Part shown: piece after piece, positions 1 to 9,432 of the stretch
Layout of the letters: the number at the start of each line of letters is the position of its first letter
How positions within the stretch are numbered: position 1 is the stretch's first letter
Source of the DNA: Acidobacteriota bacterium
Lineage (GTDB): Bacteria > Acidobacteriota > UBA6911 > RPQK01 > JAJDTT01
DNA length: 64,000 bases
Reading direction: 5' to 3'
NCBI GenBank assembly: GCA_965263035.1
Contig: OZ253580.1
Coordinates: 4,160,001 to 4,224,000 of the forward strand
Program-made: the position numbers and the translations under genes
The notes under the pieces: generated by a model
Told to the model about the DNA's origin: nothing
Seen by the model: only the letters and a program-made list of their open reading frames with translations
Database searches by the model: none

Positions 1-1464
1 GCCGGACTGGGAACCGCCGATGTGAGCGCCATGGGCATCGAGTTCCTGCGCGGACTCGCGATCATCACTGCGCTCATGATCGGCGGCCGGTTCATTGTCC
101 GGCGGACGCTGGATCGGATCGTGCTGTTCCGCGACCGCGAATTGTTTACGCTGTGCGTCGCTTTCTTCTGCATCGGTACCGCCGTGGTGACCGAAGCGGT
201 GGGTTTTTCCATCGCCATCGGCGCCTTCATCGCCGGCCTGATCATCTCGGAATCGGAATACGGGTTGCAGGCGTTGTCGGACGTCCTGCCCTTTCGGGCC
301 GTGTTCAGCGGGGTATTCTTCATCTCCATCGGCATGCTGCTCGACATTTCCGCCGTGATGACGCAGCTGGGCGTACTCGTTCCCCTGCTGGCGGTCCTGT
401 TTGTGCTCAAGGTCACGCTGGCGACGGTGTCGGTCCTCGCGGTAGGCGGACGGCTGTCGACGGCGCTGATCAGTGGCCTCACCCTGGCACAGCTTGGCGA
501 ATTCTCCATACTGCTCGCCGCGGAGGGGTTGCGCCTGGAGCTCTTTCGCGAGGGCGACTACCAGTTGTTCCTCAGTGCGGCGGTCCTGTCGATGATGGCC
601 ACGCCGTTTCTGATTCGCGCCGCACGGCCCATCGCCGAACGCATTGCGCCGTCCGGCAAGAGGTTGCGGCGACTCGCCGGCGCCGATGCCGCCTCGGCCG
701 GAGCGATGTCCGACCACACTGTCATTGTCGGCTACGGCCTCGCCGGTCGATATTTGGCACGGGTGCTCAATGCGGCGGGTATCACCTGCATCGCCGTCGA
801 ACACGACGCGAATCTCGTCCGGCGCGCACGCGGGGACGGGGTCCCGGTGGAGTTCGGGGACGGTTCCCAACCTGCCGTCCTGGAGCACGTCGGCGCACAT
901 CGCGCTCGGGTCATTGTCTTCGCCATATCCTCACCGACCGAGGAGAGGCGCGGCGTCGCGGCCGCCCGCGACCTGAATTCGGAGGCCCGGATCGTCGTGC
1001 GTACGAGATACACTCATTCCATCGACGAGTTGATGTCGCTCGGGGCCACGGACGTGGTGGTCGAGGAGTTTGAAGCCTCCATCGAACTGTTTGCCAAGGC
1101 CCTTGAAAGTTACCGGATTCCCATCAACCGGATCTGGCAGGAAGCCGAGACGGTGCGTACGGAACACTACGGGTTGTTACGCGGCACCGCGCAGCCGGAT
1201 CTACGACTCGATTCACTGAAGCACCTCGGCATTCACGATGCGCTGGAGCTGATGGAAATCAAGGATGGAGCGAGGGTCATCGGAATGAACGCCACGTCGT
1301 TAAATTTGAGGCGGCGTACGGGCGTCGTGCAGATCGCTGTGGTGAGGGAGGGTCAGCCCATCTACCAACGCGACTCGGAGTTCCATTATCAGGCCGGCGA
1401 CACGGTCGTGCTGGTGGGCGACCGGGAGAGCCTGGACCGGGCCATTGAGCTGTTCCAGGAATAG
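1..1464 (+). CDS. CPA2 cation:proton antiporter (KefB/KefC-like) with TrkA-N and TrkA-C domains, 5'-partial
   Basis: The frame is open from base 1. Many TM helices with GAFIAG, FFISIGM and AQLGEFS motifs, then a TrkA-N Rossmann motif (IVGYGLAG) and a C-terminal TrkA-C domain (GDTVVLVG). Confidence 0.9.
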   Translation, partial: AGLGTADVSAMGIEFLRGLAIITALMIGGRFIVRRTLDRIVLFRDRELFTLCVAFFCIGTAVVTEAVGFSIAIGAFIAGLIISESEYGLQALSDVLPFRAVFSGVFFISIGMLLDISAVMTQLGVLVPLLAVLFVLKVTLATVSVLAVGGRLSTALISGLTLAQLGEFSILLAAEGLRLELFREGDYQLFLSAAVLSMMATPFLIRAARPIAERIAPSGKRLRRLAGADAASAGAMSDHTVIVGYGLAGRYLARVLNAAGITCIAVEHDANLVRRARGDGVPVEFGDGSQPAVLEHVGAHRARVIVFAISSPTEERRGVAAARDLNSEARIVVRTRYTHSIDELMSLGATDVVVEEFEASIELFAKALESYRIPINRIWQEAETVRTEHYGLLRGTAQPDLRLDSLKHLGIHDALELMEIKDGARVIGMNATSLNLRRRTGVVQIAVVREGQPIYQRDSEFHYQAGDTVVLVGDRESLDRAIELFQE

Positions 1465-1511
1465 GCGGATTCGACCCGGCACCGTCTTGACAACGTGCGG
1501 AGGATAAGCCC

Positions 1512-2636
1512 ATGAAAATTACCCATGTCATCTGTCAGGTTCTGCGGATCGAAAACGTCGAGGCCAAGGCGGCCGGAACTCAGGACACGGTGATCATCCG
1601 TATCCGTACCGATGAGGGTCTGGAAGGGATCGGTGAAGCTGACGCGAGCCCCGAGGTGGTCAAGTCGATCATCGACGCTCCGTTCAGCCACAGCATCGCC
1701 TGCGGCTTGAGGGAGCTCTTGATCGGGGAAGACCCGCTCGACACGGACCGGATCTGGTCCAAGATGTATCGGCGCACCATGTACTACGGTCGCCGCGGGG
1801 TCGTCATCACTGCCATGGCGGGTGTCGACCTGGCTCTGTGGGACCTCAAGGGAAAACTCTTCAACCAGCCGATCTGGCGCCTGCTGGGCGGGCGTCATCA
1901 CGATCGTATCCCGGCGTATGCGTCGATCCTGTTCGGCAGGGACGGATCCGAAACCCGCGAGATCGCCCAGCGCTGGCGCGAAGCGGGCTACGGGGCGATC
2001 AAGTTCGGCTGGGAACCGATGGGAGAGAGCGAGGCCCTGGACCTCGAGTTGGTCCGAGGCGGGCGCCAGGGCATCGGCGACGAGAACACTCTCCTGATCG
2101 ACGCCGGCTGCGTCTGGGATGCGCCGACGGCGCTGCGGCGGGCGGAGGCGTTCAATGAATTTGGGATCGGCTGGCTGGAAGAGCCGTTGGAACAGGACGA
2201 TATCGATGGATACGTCTGGCTTCGCGACCGTTCGCCGGTTCCGATCGCGGCGGGAGAGGGGGAGTGCGGCCGGGCCGCCTTCCGGCCCTGGATCGACCGG
2301 CACGCGTTGGACGTCTACCAGGTCGACCTGGCGCGCAACGGATTCACCGAAGCCGCTTACATTCGGCAGCGGGTGGAAGAGGTCGGCGCCCGCCTCTGCA
2401 ACCACTGCTACAAGACGCCCATCAGCGTAGCGGCCTGCCTGCACTGGATCAGCACCTGCAAGAACGCCTTTATCTTCGAGGATTGCGTCGAGGATTCGCC
2501 CCTGCGGCACGAACTGACGCAAGAAAAGTTGCAGGCGGTCGATGGCCGTATCGCCGTGCCGAATGGCCCCGGCCTGGGGATTACGCTCAATGAGCCTTTT
2601 GTTGAACGGTTTCTGGTATCGGAGTCGGGACGCTGA
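1512..2636 (+). CDS. Mandelate racemase/muconate lactonizing enzyme family protein (enolase superfamily)
   Basis: TDEGLEGIGE, AGVDLALWDLKGK and metal ligands in IDAG / WLEEP / AGE. RBS ggagga upstream. Confidence 0.9.
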   Translation: MKITHVICQVLRIENVEAKAAGTQDTVIIRIRTDEGLEGIGEADASPEVVKSIIDAPFSHSIACGLRELLIGEDPLDTDRIWSKMYRRTMYYGRRGVVITAMAGVDLALWDLKGKLFNQPIWRLLGGRHHDRIPAYASILFGRDGSETREIAQRWREAGYGAIKFGWEPMGESEALDLELVRGGRQGIGDENTLLIDAGCVWDAPTALRRAEAFNEFGIGWLEEPLEQDDIDGYVWLRDRSPVPIAAGEGECGRAAFRPWIDRHALDVYQVDLARNGFTEAAYIRQRVEEVGARLCNHCYKTPISVAACLHWISTCKNAFIFEDCVEDSPLRHELTQEKLQAVDGRIAVPNGPGLGITLNEPFVERFLVSESGR

Positions 2637-2670
2637 ACTTCGGGACGTCAACCGGTTGCCGACGACCTCG

Positions 2671-3912
2671 TCAGTCGGCGGCTCGCGCCTTCTCGCGCAG
2701 GAACCAGATGATGGCCAGCACGGAGAGACTCAGGCTGAACACCGGACCCAGCCAGATGCTTAACTCCACGCCGTAACGATCGCCCATGGTGCCGATCAGA
2801 TACGGACTCACGGCAGCTCCCACGGCATTGAAACCGTTGAACAGCGCGTAGGCCATCGCCAGGTGGGAGGAGAATCGCAGGCCGATGTAGGAACTGAGCG
2901 AGGGACCGTTACCGGATACGAACATGCCGGACACGGTGAACATCGCCACGCCCCAAAGGTAGGTGGGGGCACTGATGGTCGCCGCGAAGGCCAGGGTCGC
3001 CCCGCCGGCGCATACGGTGAGCACCACCAGTTCCGGGATCCGCCAACGCGCGGTGATCCAGCTCAGAATGAATCGTCCTCCGAACAGTCCGGCCGAGTTC
3101 AGACTGATGAAATAGGCGGCCTGCGCGGCATCGATCTCGAACCTGGACTGATAGAGCTGACCGATGAAGGAGATCATCCCGCCCTGCGACAAGCCGTGGA
3201 ACAGCCCGAGAAAGCCCGCCGTGTAGAAGGCAGGAGTCGTCAGCACGGCCCTCATCACCGAGCGCGCGGGAAGCCGGGAGTCTGAACCGGGGCCCCCGCG
3301 GCGCACCGACTCGGAGCGTAGACGCCAAGCCCAAAGGACCAGCGCCAGGACGACGGCGGCGGCGGCGTAGTATCCGACTCTCCAACTGCCTCCGCTCCGA
3401 TCGGCATACGCGAACCACCCTCCGAGAGCGGCGGCTCCCACCACGGCGCCGCTTCCATCCGCCAAGCCGGCGAGGAAGAACACGCTCTGGCGCTTGTCTC
3501 CGAAATGAGCGCTGATGATCGAGCTGAACACGACGTTCAGGGCCGACATGGCCAAGCCGAAACAGAAGGCACCCACCAGAACCATGGGGAATCCGGCGGC
3601 GCTGCCGATCACGCTCATGGCCGCCGCCACGGCCAACAGCGCGCCCACCAGAGCGCGCCGGAGCCCCATGCTGCCGATGATCCATCCGCCGATAACGCTG
3701 AAGACGATGCCGCTGATGAAGAAGAGGGATTGGCTCTGACCCATCTGTTCCAGATTGGCCGAGAAGAACTCCCTGAAAACCGGGAAAGTGATGGGAAGAA
3801 AGTTGTAGACGCCGGCGTTAATGAAGACCAGCACCAGCACGAACCACAACGTGGGATCACCCCACATCGATCCGAATCGGGTGGAGGGCGACGATTGTTC
3901 ACTCGACGTCAT
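2671..3912 (-). CDS. MFS transporter
   Basis: 413 aa with about 12 hydrophobic segments and MFS-like loop motifs (GGWIIGSMGLR, GTMGDRYG). Confidence 0.85.
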   Translation of the reverse strand: MTSSEQSSPSTRFGSMWGDPTLWFVLVLVFINAGVYNFLPITFPVFREFFSANLEQMGQSQSLFFISGIVFSVIGGWIIGSMGLRRALVGALLAVAAAMSVIGSAAGFPMVLVGAFCFGLAMSALNVVFSSIISAHFGDKRQSVFFLAGLADGSGAVVGAAALGGWFAYADRSGGSWRVGYYAAAAVVLALVLWAWRLRSESVRRGGPGSDSRLPARSVMRAVLTTPAFYTAGFLGLFHGLSQGGMISFIGQLYQSRFEIDAAQAAYFISLNSAGLFGGRFILSWITARWRIPELVVLTVCAGGATLAFAATISAPTYLWGVAMFTVSGMFVSGNGPSLSSYIGLRFSSHLAMAYALFNGFNAVGAAVSPYLIGTMGDRYGVELSIWLGPVFSLSLSVLAIIWFLREKARAAD

Positions 3913-4151
3913 GGCATAACCTCACGCGGGGCGGATTGGGGAGTCGGTCGACCTGGCGGATCGGCGCACTGAGGCCTCTGTCCCCCTTGCCATGGGTGGG
4001 GATCCTTGTGATCCATGCCCCACCGCCGCCGAAAATAAACTGAACTTCGCTGATTCCGTGTTCCGTTCATGATCCGGTCCCCGGGAGTCGATGTCAACTT
4101 CTGAGAAACAGGAATTATTTCAACTTCAAGTCAGATTCGTTCCCGCTAGGA

Positions 4152-6613
4152 CTGCCCTTTACCCACATATTGCACAGGGCAAATTAGCCGTCCGGTTTCA
4201 TTCATGTTTCTTCTCGTAAAGCGAAGCCCAGACACATGCCGTAGAGCGTGACGTAGCCCTGCCACATCAGTTGATGCCCAGGTGGGGAGTCGTGTTTACG
4301 AGCCAGATATCCTCCCAGGCGGGCCAGCACGAGCACGGCCGCCCCCAGGTCTTCCGGCGCTGGGAATCCTCGCGACGCGGCAAACGCCCCCAGGACCCGG
4401 ATTTCCAGATCGGAAAACAACAATTGCGCCGGCAGGTCCGGGTCCTCTCGCCCCAACAGCGTCATCAGCATGATCCGCCAGGCGATGACGGCGTGCATGG
4501 CGATGGCCCGTTTCAGACGTTCGGCGGTTTGGTGCTGGAGCTGTTGTACCCGGCATCCGGTCTTGAGCACCCGGAAATAATCCTCCACCCGCCAGCGCAG
4601 CGCATACCATCTCAGCAGTTGCTGCGCCGTCTCGACATCGGTCACCGGCAGGGTGGTGAGCAGGAACCATTCCAGGCGCTTCCCCTGCGCCGGCGGCGCG
4701 ACCTCCCGCGCGTGCACCACCGACAGTCTCAGCGACGGGATGCCGGTTGGGTTCCCGCGCGGCGCCGGAATCGTCAGGGTCTCGTAGCGCAGTTCCATCC
4801 GAGCCACCCGCGCCAGCCGCCGCGGGCGGGCCGCCTGCTTGCTGGCCTTGATCCGCGCACTCTGACGCTTCACCTCCAGCAGCATCCGGGCCCGCACCGG
4901 CGCCGATCGCAGGCGCCCGAACAGCTTCCGCTTCTGCTCCGGGTCCGGATCCGCGCTTTTCCCGGCCGCCTTCGCCGGGGTCTTCCTCTTCAGCACCCGA
5001 TCCTGCTTCGCACGCACCAGCAACTCCACCTCCGGAGACGCTCGTTGCTCGGCGAACAGTGCGAAAAAATCCGCCTCCCGGTCCACCACGCTGACCACCC
5101 GCACCCCGTCGAGGGACCGCGACACCTCGGCGCAGTCCCGAAGTCCCTCGATCCAGCGATACGTCTTCTTCTTTTTCCGCGTGGCCACCGGTCCCGGCTT
5201 CGGCGCGTCCAGCTTCGCCCGCAACACCCCCAGCGGCAGCCCCGTCTCACTCACCACCAGCGTCGCGTGCAGATGCAGTCCCCGCGCCGTCGCTCCCGTC
5301 TGGTTGCGCCCGATCACTCCCAGTCCCTCACACCGGCCGTGCCGCGTGAAGTTCAGATCGCTCCCGTCCTGGATGCACAGCACCGTCCGCTGCCCCTGCA
5401 TCCGCTGCCGGGTCCGCTCCCGGTGCGGGGCCAGGATGTTGGACACCGTCACCGCCGAGGCTTCCGGCTGGTCGATCAGCCGGTAGTATCCCTTGACCGC
5501 CGCAGAATCCCCCCGCGCCACTCCCGTGAACGCCCGCCCCGGCTCCTGCGCCTGTCGGTGCGCACTCTCCACCAGTCGCCGACTCAAGCGCCGGTCTCCC
5601 AGCGGCGCCCCGCCCAACTCCTGCTGAGCCCAGCCCGCTCCCTCCAGTCCCTCGCCCTCCGACATCGGTTCCACTCCCCGCCTCGGCGCCGGTCCCACCC
5701 CCAACCGCCGCCGCCAATCCCGGCACAACTCATACCCATAGATCGCCTTGCTCGTCTCCGCACCCCGGTGCGCCCGATCTTGCCGGCCTCGACCCTGCGT
5801 CTGCCCCAGAACCCTCCAGTTCGTGGCGCGCAAACTGGCCCCATCGTGGCGAGCCGTCTCCACGAAGGTCTCCACCAGCCAGGGACGGTAGCCGTAGCGC
5901 GCCTGGAACTCCGGACCCAGCCGCCGCAACACCTCCCCCAGCACCCGGGAGGCCAGATTACGACACCTCACTGACGGACGGATCAGAAACCGGCTCAGCC
6001 CCACCACCCGGTGCAGGTGCGCCCGGCGTTGTTCCTCATCCCATCCGATCCAGCGGTCCCGGTCCCGCAACCGCAACGCCGCCGCCCCGAACCCCAAGCC
6101 CCCCAGCCAGCCGTGGGCCGAGCCCACCAGATAGCGTAGTTGAGCACCCACCAACGGCCCCGCGCCCCGTGGATGCTCTCGCGCCATCAACTCGTTCCAG
6201 AGCGCTCGTTGCGGACCCGTCTCCACCAGAATCAACTCCAGCTCCCGCACGCCGTCCACCGTCTCGGGCACCCCGACCGGCTCCGGCACCGCACGGCCCA
6301 GTCCTCGGGGCCCGCAATGTTTCACCCGCCGTCGCGGCGTCGGCAGACGAATCCGTCCGCGCGCCTCCAACTCCCGGAGCGCCTTCAGGCAGCCGCTCCG
6401 TTGCGCCCGCCCTCGGGCATCGTGAAATCCAAACTCCGAGCAGACCCGGTCCGCCAGCGCCGTCCGGTGGGCGAACTTCTCCCGCCTCATCACGGCGTGC
6501 AAACGATCCAACTCTCGGCTCAAGGTGCGCTTGATCTGGTTCTGAACTACCATGTCGTGAAGACTACGACAGGCATTCTTGTTTGTCCAGCACTATTTGT
6601 GGGTATAGGGCAG
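4152..6613 (-). mobile_element. Complete IS4-family insertion sequence (2462 bp)
   Basis: 19-bp imperfect terminal IRs: ctgccctttacccacatat (4152-4170) and atttgtgggtatagggcag (6595-6613). 8-bp target duplication cgctagga at 4144-4151 and 6614-6621. Confidence 0.93.
4202..6553 (-). CDS. IS4-family (IS50-like) transposase with N-terminal DUF4338/DruA-like domain
   Basis: The C-terminal half has the IS50-type DNA-binding motif (WAQQELGGAPLGDRRL) and DDE motifs (IQDGS, VVDREAD, YALRWRVEDYFRVLK). The N-terminal ~290 aa has the DUF4338-type motifs RFLIRP, NLASRVL, YGYRPWLVETFV and NWRVLGQTQGRG. Confidence 0.9.
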   Translation of the reverse strand: MVVQNQIKRTLSRELDRLHAVMRREKFAHRTALADRVCSEFGFHDARGRAQRSGCLKALRELEARGRIRLPTPRRRVKHCGPRGLGRAVPEPVGVPETVDGVRELELILVETGPQRALWNELMAREHPRGAGPLVGAQLRYLVGSAHGWLGGLGFGAAALRLRDRDRWIGWDEEQRRAHLHRVVGLSRFLIRPSVRCRNLASRVLGEVLRRLGPEFQARYGYRPWLVETFVETARHDGASLRATNWRVLGQTQGRGRQDRAHRGAETSKAIYGYELCRDWRRRLGVGPAPRRGVEPMSEGEGLEGAGWAQQELGGAPLGDRRLSRRLVESAHRQAQEPGRAFTGVARGDSAAVKGYYRLIDQPEASAVTVSNILAPHRERTRQRMQGQRTVLCIQDGSDLNFTRHGRCEGLGVIGRNQTGATARGLHLHATLVVSETGLPLGVLRAKLDAPKPGPVATRKKKKTYRWIEGLRDCAEVSRSLDGVRVVSVVDREADFFALFAEQRASPEVELLVRAKQDRVLKRKTPAKAAGKSADPDPEQKRKLFGRLRSAPVRARMLLEVKRQSARIKASKQAARPRRLARVARMELRYETLTIPAPRGNPTGIPSLRLSVVHAREVAPPAQGKRLEWFLLTTLPVTDVETAQQLLRWYALRWRVEDYFRVLKTGCRVQQLQHQTAERLKRAIAMHAVIAWRIMLMTLLGREDPDLPAQLLFSDLEIRVLGAFAASRGFPAPEDLGAAVLVLARLGGYLARKHDSPPGHQLMWQGYVTLYGMCLGFALREET

Positions 6614-6616
6614 CGC

Positions 6617-6715
6617 TAGGAGGGGGGACATCCTTGTCCCCCATTCCTCCTCCTCCAGCGCCTCCATGGGGATTCGGCGGCTGGAAAATCGCTATTCCAA
6701 GCCGCTGCTCCCCCG
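6617..6715. repeat. REP-like palindromic pair next to the IS4 insertion site
   Basis: Hairpins ggggaca-tcct-tgtcccc and gcggc-tggaa...ttcca-agccgc. Similar GGAG-led palindromes occur near 17007-17080. Confidence 0.3.
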
Positions 6716-7043
6716 CTGCCCCTGTTTCTGTCTGAACTGTGCCGGGTCCCGGCCGGTGGGGGAGCTTCCAGGAAACGAGGGGTGAGAGCAGAGGAAGTGC
6801 CAGGCGAACTGCGGTGCAGGCTGGCTTCCACTCGATGCAACTGAACCAAGTGTGAAGAAAAGAGAAGAACCGGGAGAAGGAGGCATCGGGGCGACCCTCG
6901 CGCTGGGTTGTTGCTCCTAGCTTCTTCATAATGTCAATGGCCATCGAAAACTGGAACCGTTCAGCCGGGATGCAAGGCCGGTCGAATGCCGTCGTCCTGC
7001 GACAATGAATGCCGGTGAGGAAAACGAATGGAAGGGAATAGTC

Positions 7044-9287
7044 ATGAGTCTTGGAAGAGGGTTGATTCGTCTGACACTGCTGCTGCTATTGGTGCCGGGC
7101 TTGGCATGCAAACGGCTTCCACAAGTGGATGTCGTGATGGGCAGTGCGGCGCCGGAGCTGGAGCGCTTTGCGGCCCGCGAGCTGTGTGACTACCTGGCCC
7201 AGCTCTATGGGATTCAGGCCTATCCGGCGCGGAGCCCTTCCGCCACCTCCGAAGCGGTGATTCTGATCGGCAGTCCGCGGACCAACGCGACGGTGAAGGG
7301 GGTGACCGGGAGACCGCCCTTTCCGGAGGTCAGCGATCAGGGAATCGTGCTGCGACGGACGGAGCTGGGAGGACGGCCGGCACTGATCGTAGCCGGAGGC
7401 AGTCCCCAAGCGACCTTGTGGGCGGTCTACGAGCTGGTGGAGCGCTGGGGCGTACGCTATTTCACGGACCGGGACGTATTGCCGGACCGGGGGAAAGCGT
7501 TCGAGCTTACGGACCTGGATGTCGTGATGGAGCCGGTCTTTCGAGTTCGGGGACACCCGAGCATTCAGGACTTCGCTCCCAGCGGTGAGTCCTGGGGCAT
7601 GGCCGACTTCCGGGTCCTGATCGACCAGCTCGCAAAGATGAAGTTCAATCGGCTGCACATCTACCCCTACATGTACCAGCCCTATCTGCACTGGGAGCAC
7701 AAGGGGATCAAACGGCGCTCTACCTCCCTTTGGTACGGTCAGCGGTTTCCCATCACTCCGGACATGTGGGGGCGGGAGCTGTTCGAAGATGCCAGCGAAT
7801 TCTGGAATCCGGATCTGCCCGTGAGAGGTCGTTATGTGGACATGATGGCCGCCGGCGAGCGGCAGGTGCACAATCTGATCGAATACGCGCACCGCCGGGG
7901 CCTGGAGTGCGACGTCACCGCTCCCACCAACGATTTTCCTCCCGAATTCGCGCCCTTGTTGAGAGGAGCGGAGAAGTCATTTCAGCTCGCGGTTCGTCCC
8001 GGTTCGAACACGCCCGTGGACGACCCGGTGGTATTCGACCTGTCCGCCGCCATCCTGCGCGCGACGGTCAACACCTATCCGGAAGCGGACCGCGTGAGCG
8101 TTGCGATGCCGGAGGAAAAGCAGTGGCTGGCGGAGTATGAACGCGCCTGGAAACTGCTGGATGCCAAATACGGAATCAGCCGGATACGTTCGCTTCAGGA
8201 GATTGTGGCAGCGTCCGGGCAGCGTCAGGGGTCCGGGCGCTGGCCGGGAGAGCTGGGCGCGGCGCAGCTCAAAGGCGATCTCACCTCCCTCTATTTCTAT
8301 GATCGCCTGCTGAATGATCCTGAAATTCTCAAGGGCACCATGCGCCCCGACATGAAGTTCGTCTATGAGGGACCCGCCGAGGAACTGTTCCCCTTCTTCG
8401 ACCGGATTCTGCCTGCGGGATCCGAAGTCGGGATCCACCCCGAGAACCAGCCGGAGCACTTCCTGCCGCGCGCCGAGGTTCTCTCAACCCTGAACACGCA
8501 GAAAGTGCCGGGTTTCATGCATGTGACGCTGGACGACGATGTGGTGGGTCTGGTGCCGCAACTGCGGCCGACCGTGCTGCATGACGTCCTGCGGGAATTG
8601 CATCGTCATGGTTGGACCGGATTCATCGCTCGCGAACGCTTTCCGGCGGACCACGACGCGGTCTTGGCCTATCTGGCGAAAGCCGGCTGGGACCGGGAGG
8701 CGAATCCGAAGCTGGTGGCGCGCGATCTGGTCCGGACCGTTTGTGGGGAAGGGGCTGTCGAAGATTTGGTGGCGGCCTTCGATCTTGTGGAATCGGCCAC
8801 TCTCACCTTGGCCACCAGCCGGGCCGACAGTCCCGAGGCCGGAGTCACGGCCGGAGCGCAGCGTCTTGACATTCCATTTGCCTTTTATGTGCCTCGAATG
8901 ATGATGAAGTTCTGGAGGCCCCAGCCGGTTCCGGCCTATCTGGGATACGTGCAACGGGATTACCGGGAGGCACTGGAGGCGGCCCGGCGTGCCTGGGAGA
9001 AGTCGGAGCCGCAGGGACGATGGTATCCCCAGTTCTGGGTGGGGCGGTTGGAGTTTGCCCTGGGTTACGCCAACACGGTGGAAGCATTGCACCGGGGAGC
9101 CCTGGCTGAGAAGGCCGGTCGACGCCAAGAGGCCCTCAGTCAGGCCCGGAACGGATTGGAGACGCTGCGCGAAGCCACGGAAGCCTACGTCCGGGTGGCC
9201 CGCAATCGGACCGATCTGGGCGCCATCGCCGTCCTCAACGAATACGGCTATCGTCCGTTGAAGGCCAAAGTCGCCGAACTCCAGTAG
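7044..9287 (+). CDS. Putative lipoprotein glycoside hydrolase (GH20/GH67-like zincin N-domain plus TIM barrel)
   Basis: Lipobox LLLVPGLAC. N-domain motifs ERFAAREL and TLWAVYELVE, followed by IDQLAKMKFNRL. ATG at 7044 was chosen for its fit with the signal peptide. Confidence 0.6.
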   Translation: MSLGRGLIRLTLLLLLVPGLACKRLPQVDVVMGSAAPELERFAARELCDYLAQLYGIQAYPARSPSATSEAVILIGSPRTNATVKGVTGRPPFPEVSDQGIVLRRTELGGRPALIVAGGSPQATLWAVYELVERWGVRYFTDRDVLPDRGKAFELTDLDVVMEPVFRVRGHPSIQDFAPSGESWGMADFRVLIDQLAKMKFNRLHIYPYMYQPYLHWEHKGIKRRSTSLWYGQRFPITPDMWGRELFEDASEFWNPDLPVRGRYVDMMAAGERQVHNLIEYAHRRGLECDVTAPTNDFPPEFAPLLRGAEKSFQLAVRPGSNTPVDDPVVFDLSAAILRATVNTYPEADRVSVAMPEEKQWLAEYERAWKLLDAKYGISRIRSLQEIVAASGQRQGSGRWPGELGAAQLKGDLTSLYFYDRLLNDPEILKGTMRPDMKFVYEGPAEELFPFFDRILPAGSEVGIHPENQPEHFLPRAEVLSTLNTQKVPGFMHVTLDDDVVGLVPQLRPTVLHDVLRELHRHGWTGFIARERFPADHDAVLAYLAKAGWDREANPKLVARDLVRTVCGEGAVEDLVAAFDLVESATLTLATSRADSPEAGVTAGAQRLDIPFAFYVPRMMMKFWRPQPVPAYLGYVQRDYREALEAARRAWEKSEPQGRWYPQFWVGRLEFALGYANTVEALHRGALAEKAGRRQEALSQARNGLETLREATEAYVRVARNRTDLGAIAVLNEYGYRPLKAKVAELQ

Positions 9288-9432
9288 CTGGTTCCGGGTA
9301 GACTCGACTGACGGCAGGAAGCGGCTCCCGGAGGTTTGGGAGGAGAGTCGGCCCGTCCGGCGCCGCCGGCGTTGAAAAATCCGGCAGCCTGGCGGGGCCG
9401 CGGCTGTCCACAACCGTTGTCGGCGGCACTTG

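Noticed and set aside
4271-5974. 567-aa plus-strand ORF antisense to the IS4 transposase (similar cases at 9430-11151, 16936-18759, 20648-22483, 43437-45089, 48031-50622, 50349-52415 and 61658-63865)
   Set aside because: These are shadow ORFs opposite genes with clear family motifs. They are expected from GC-rich codon bias and show no recognisable domains.
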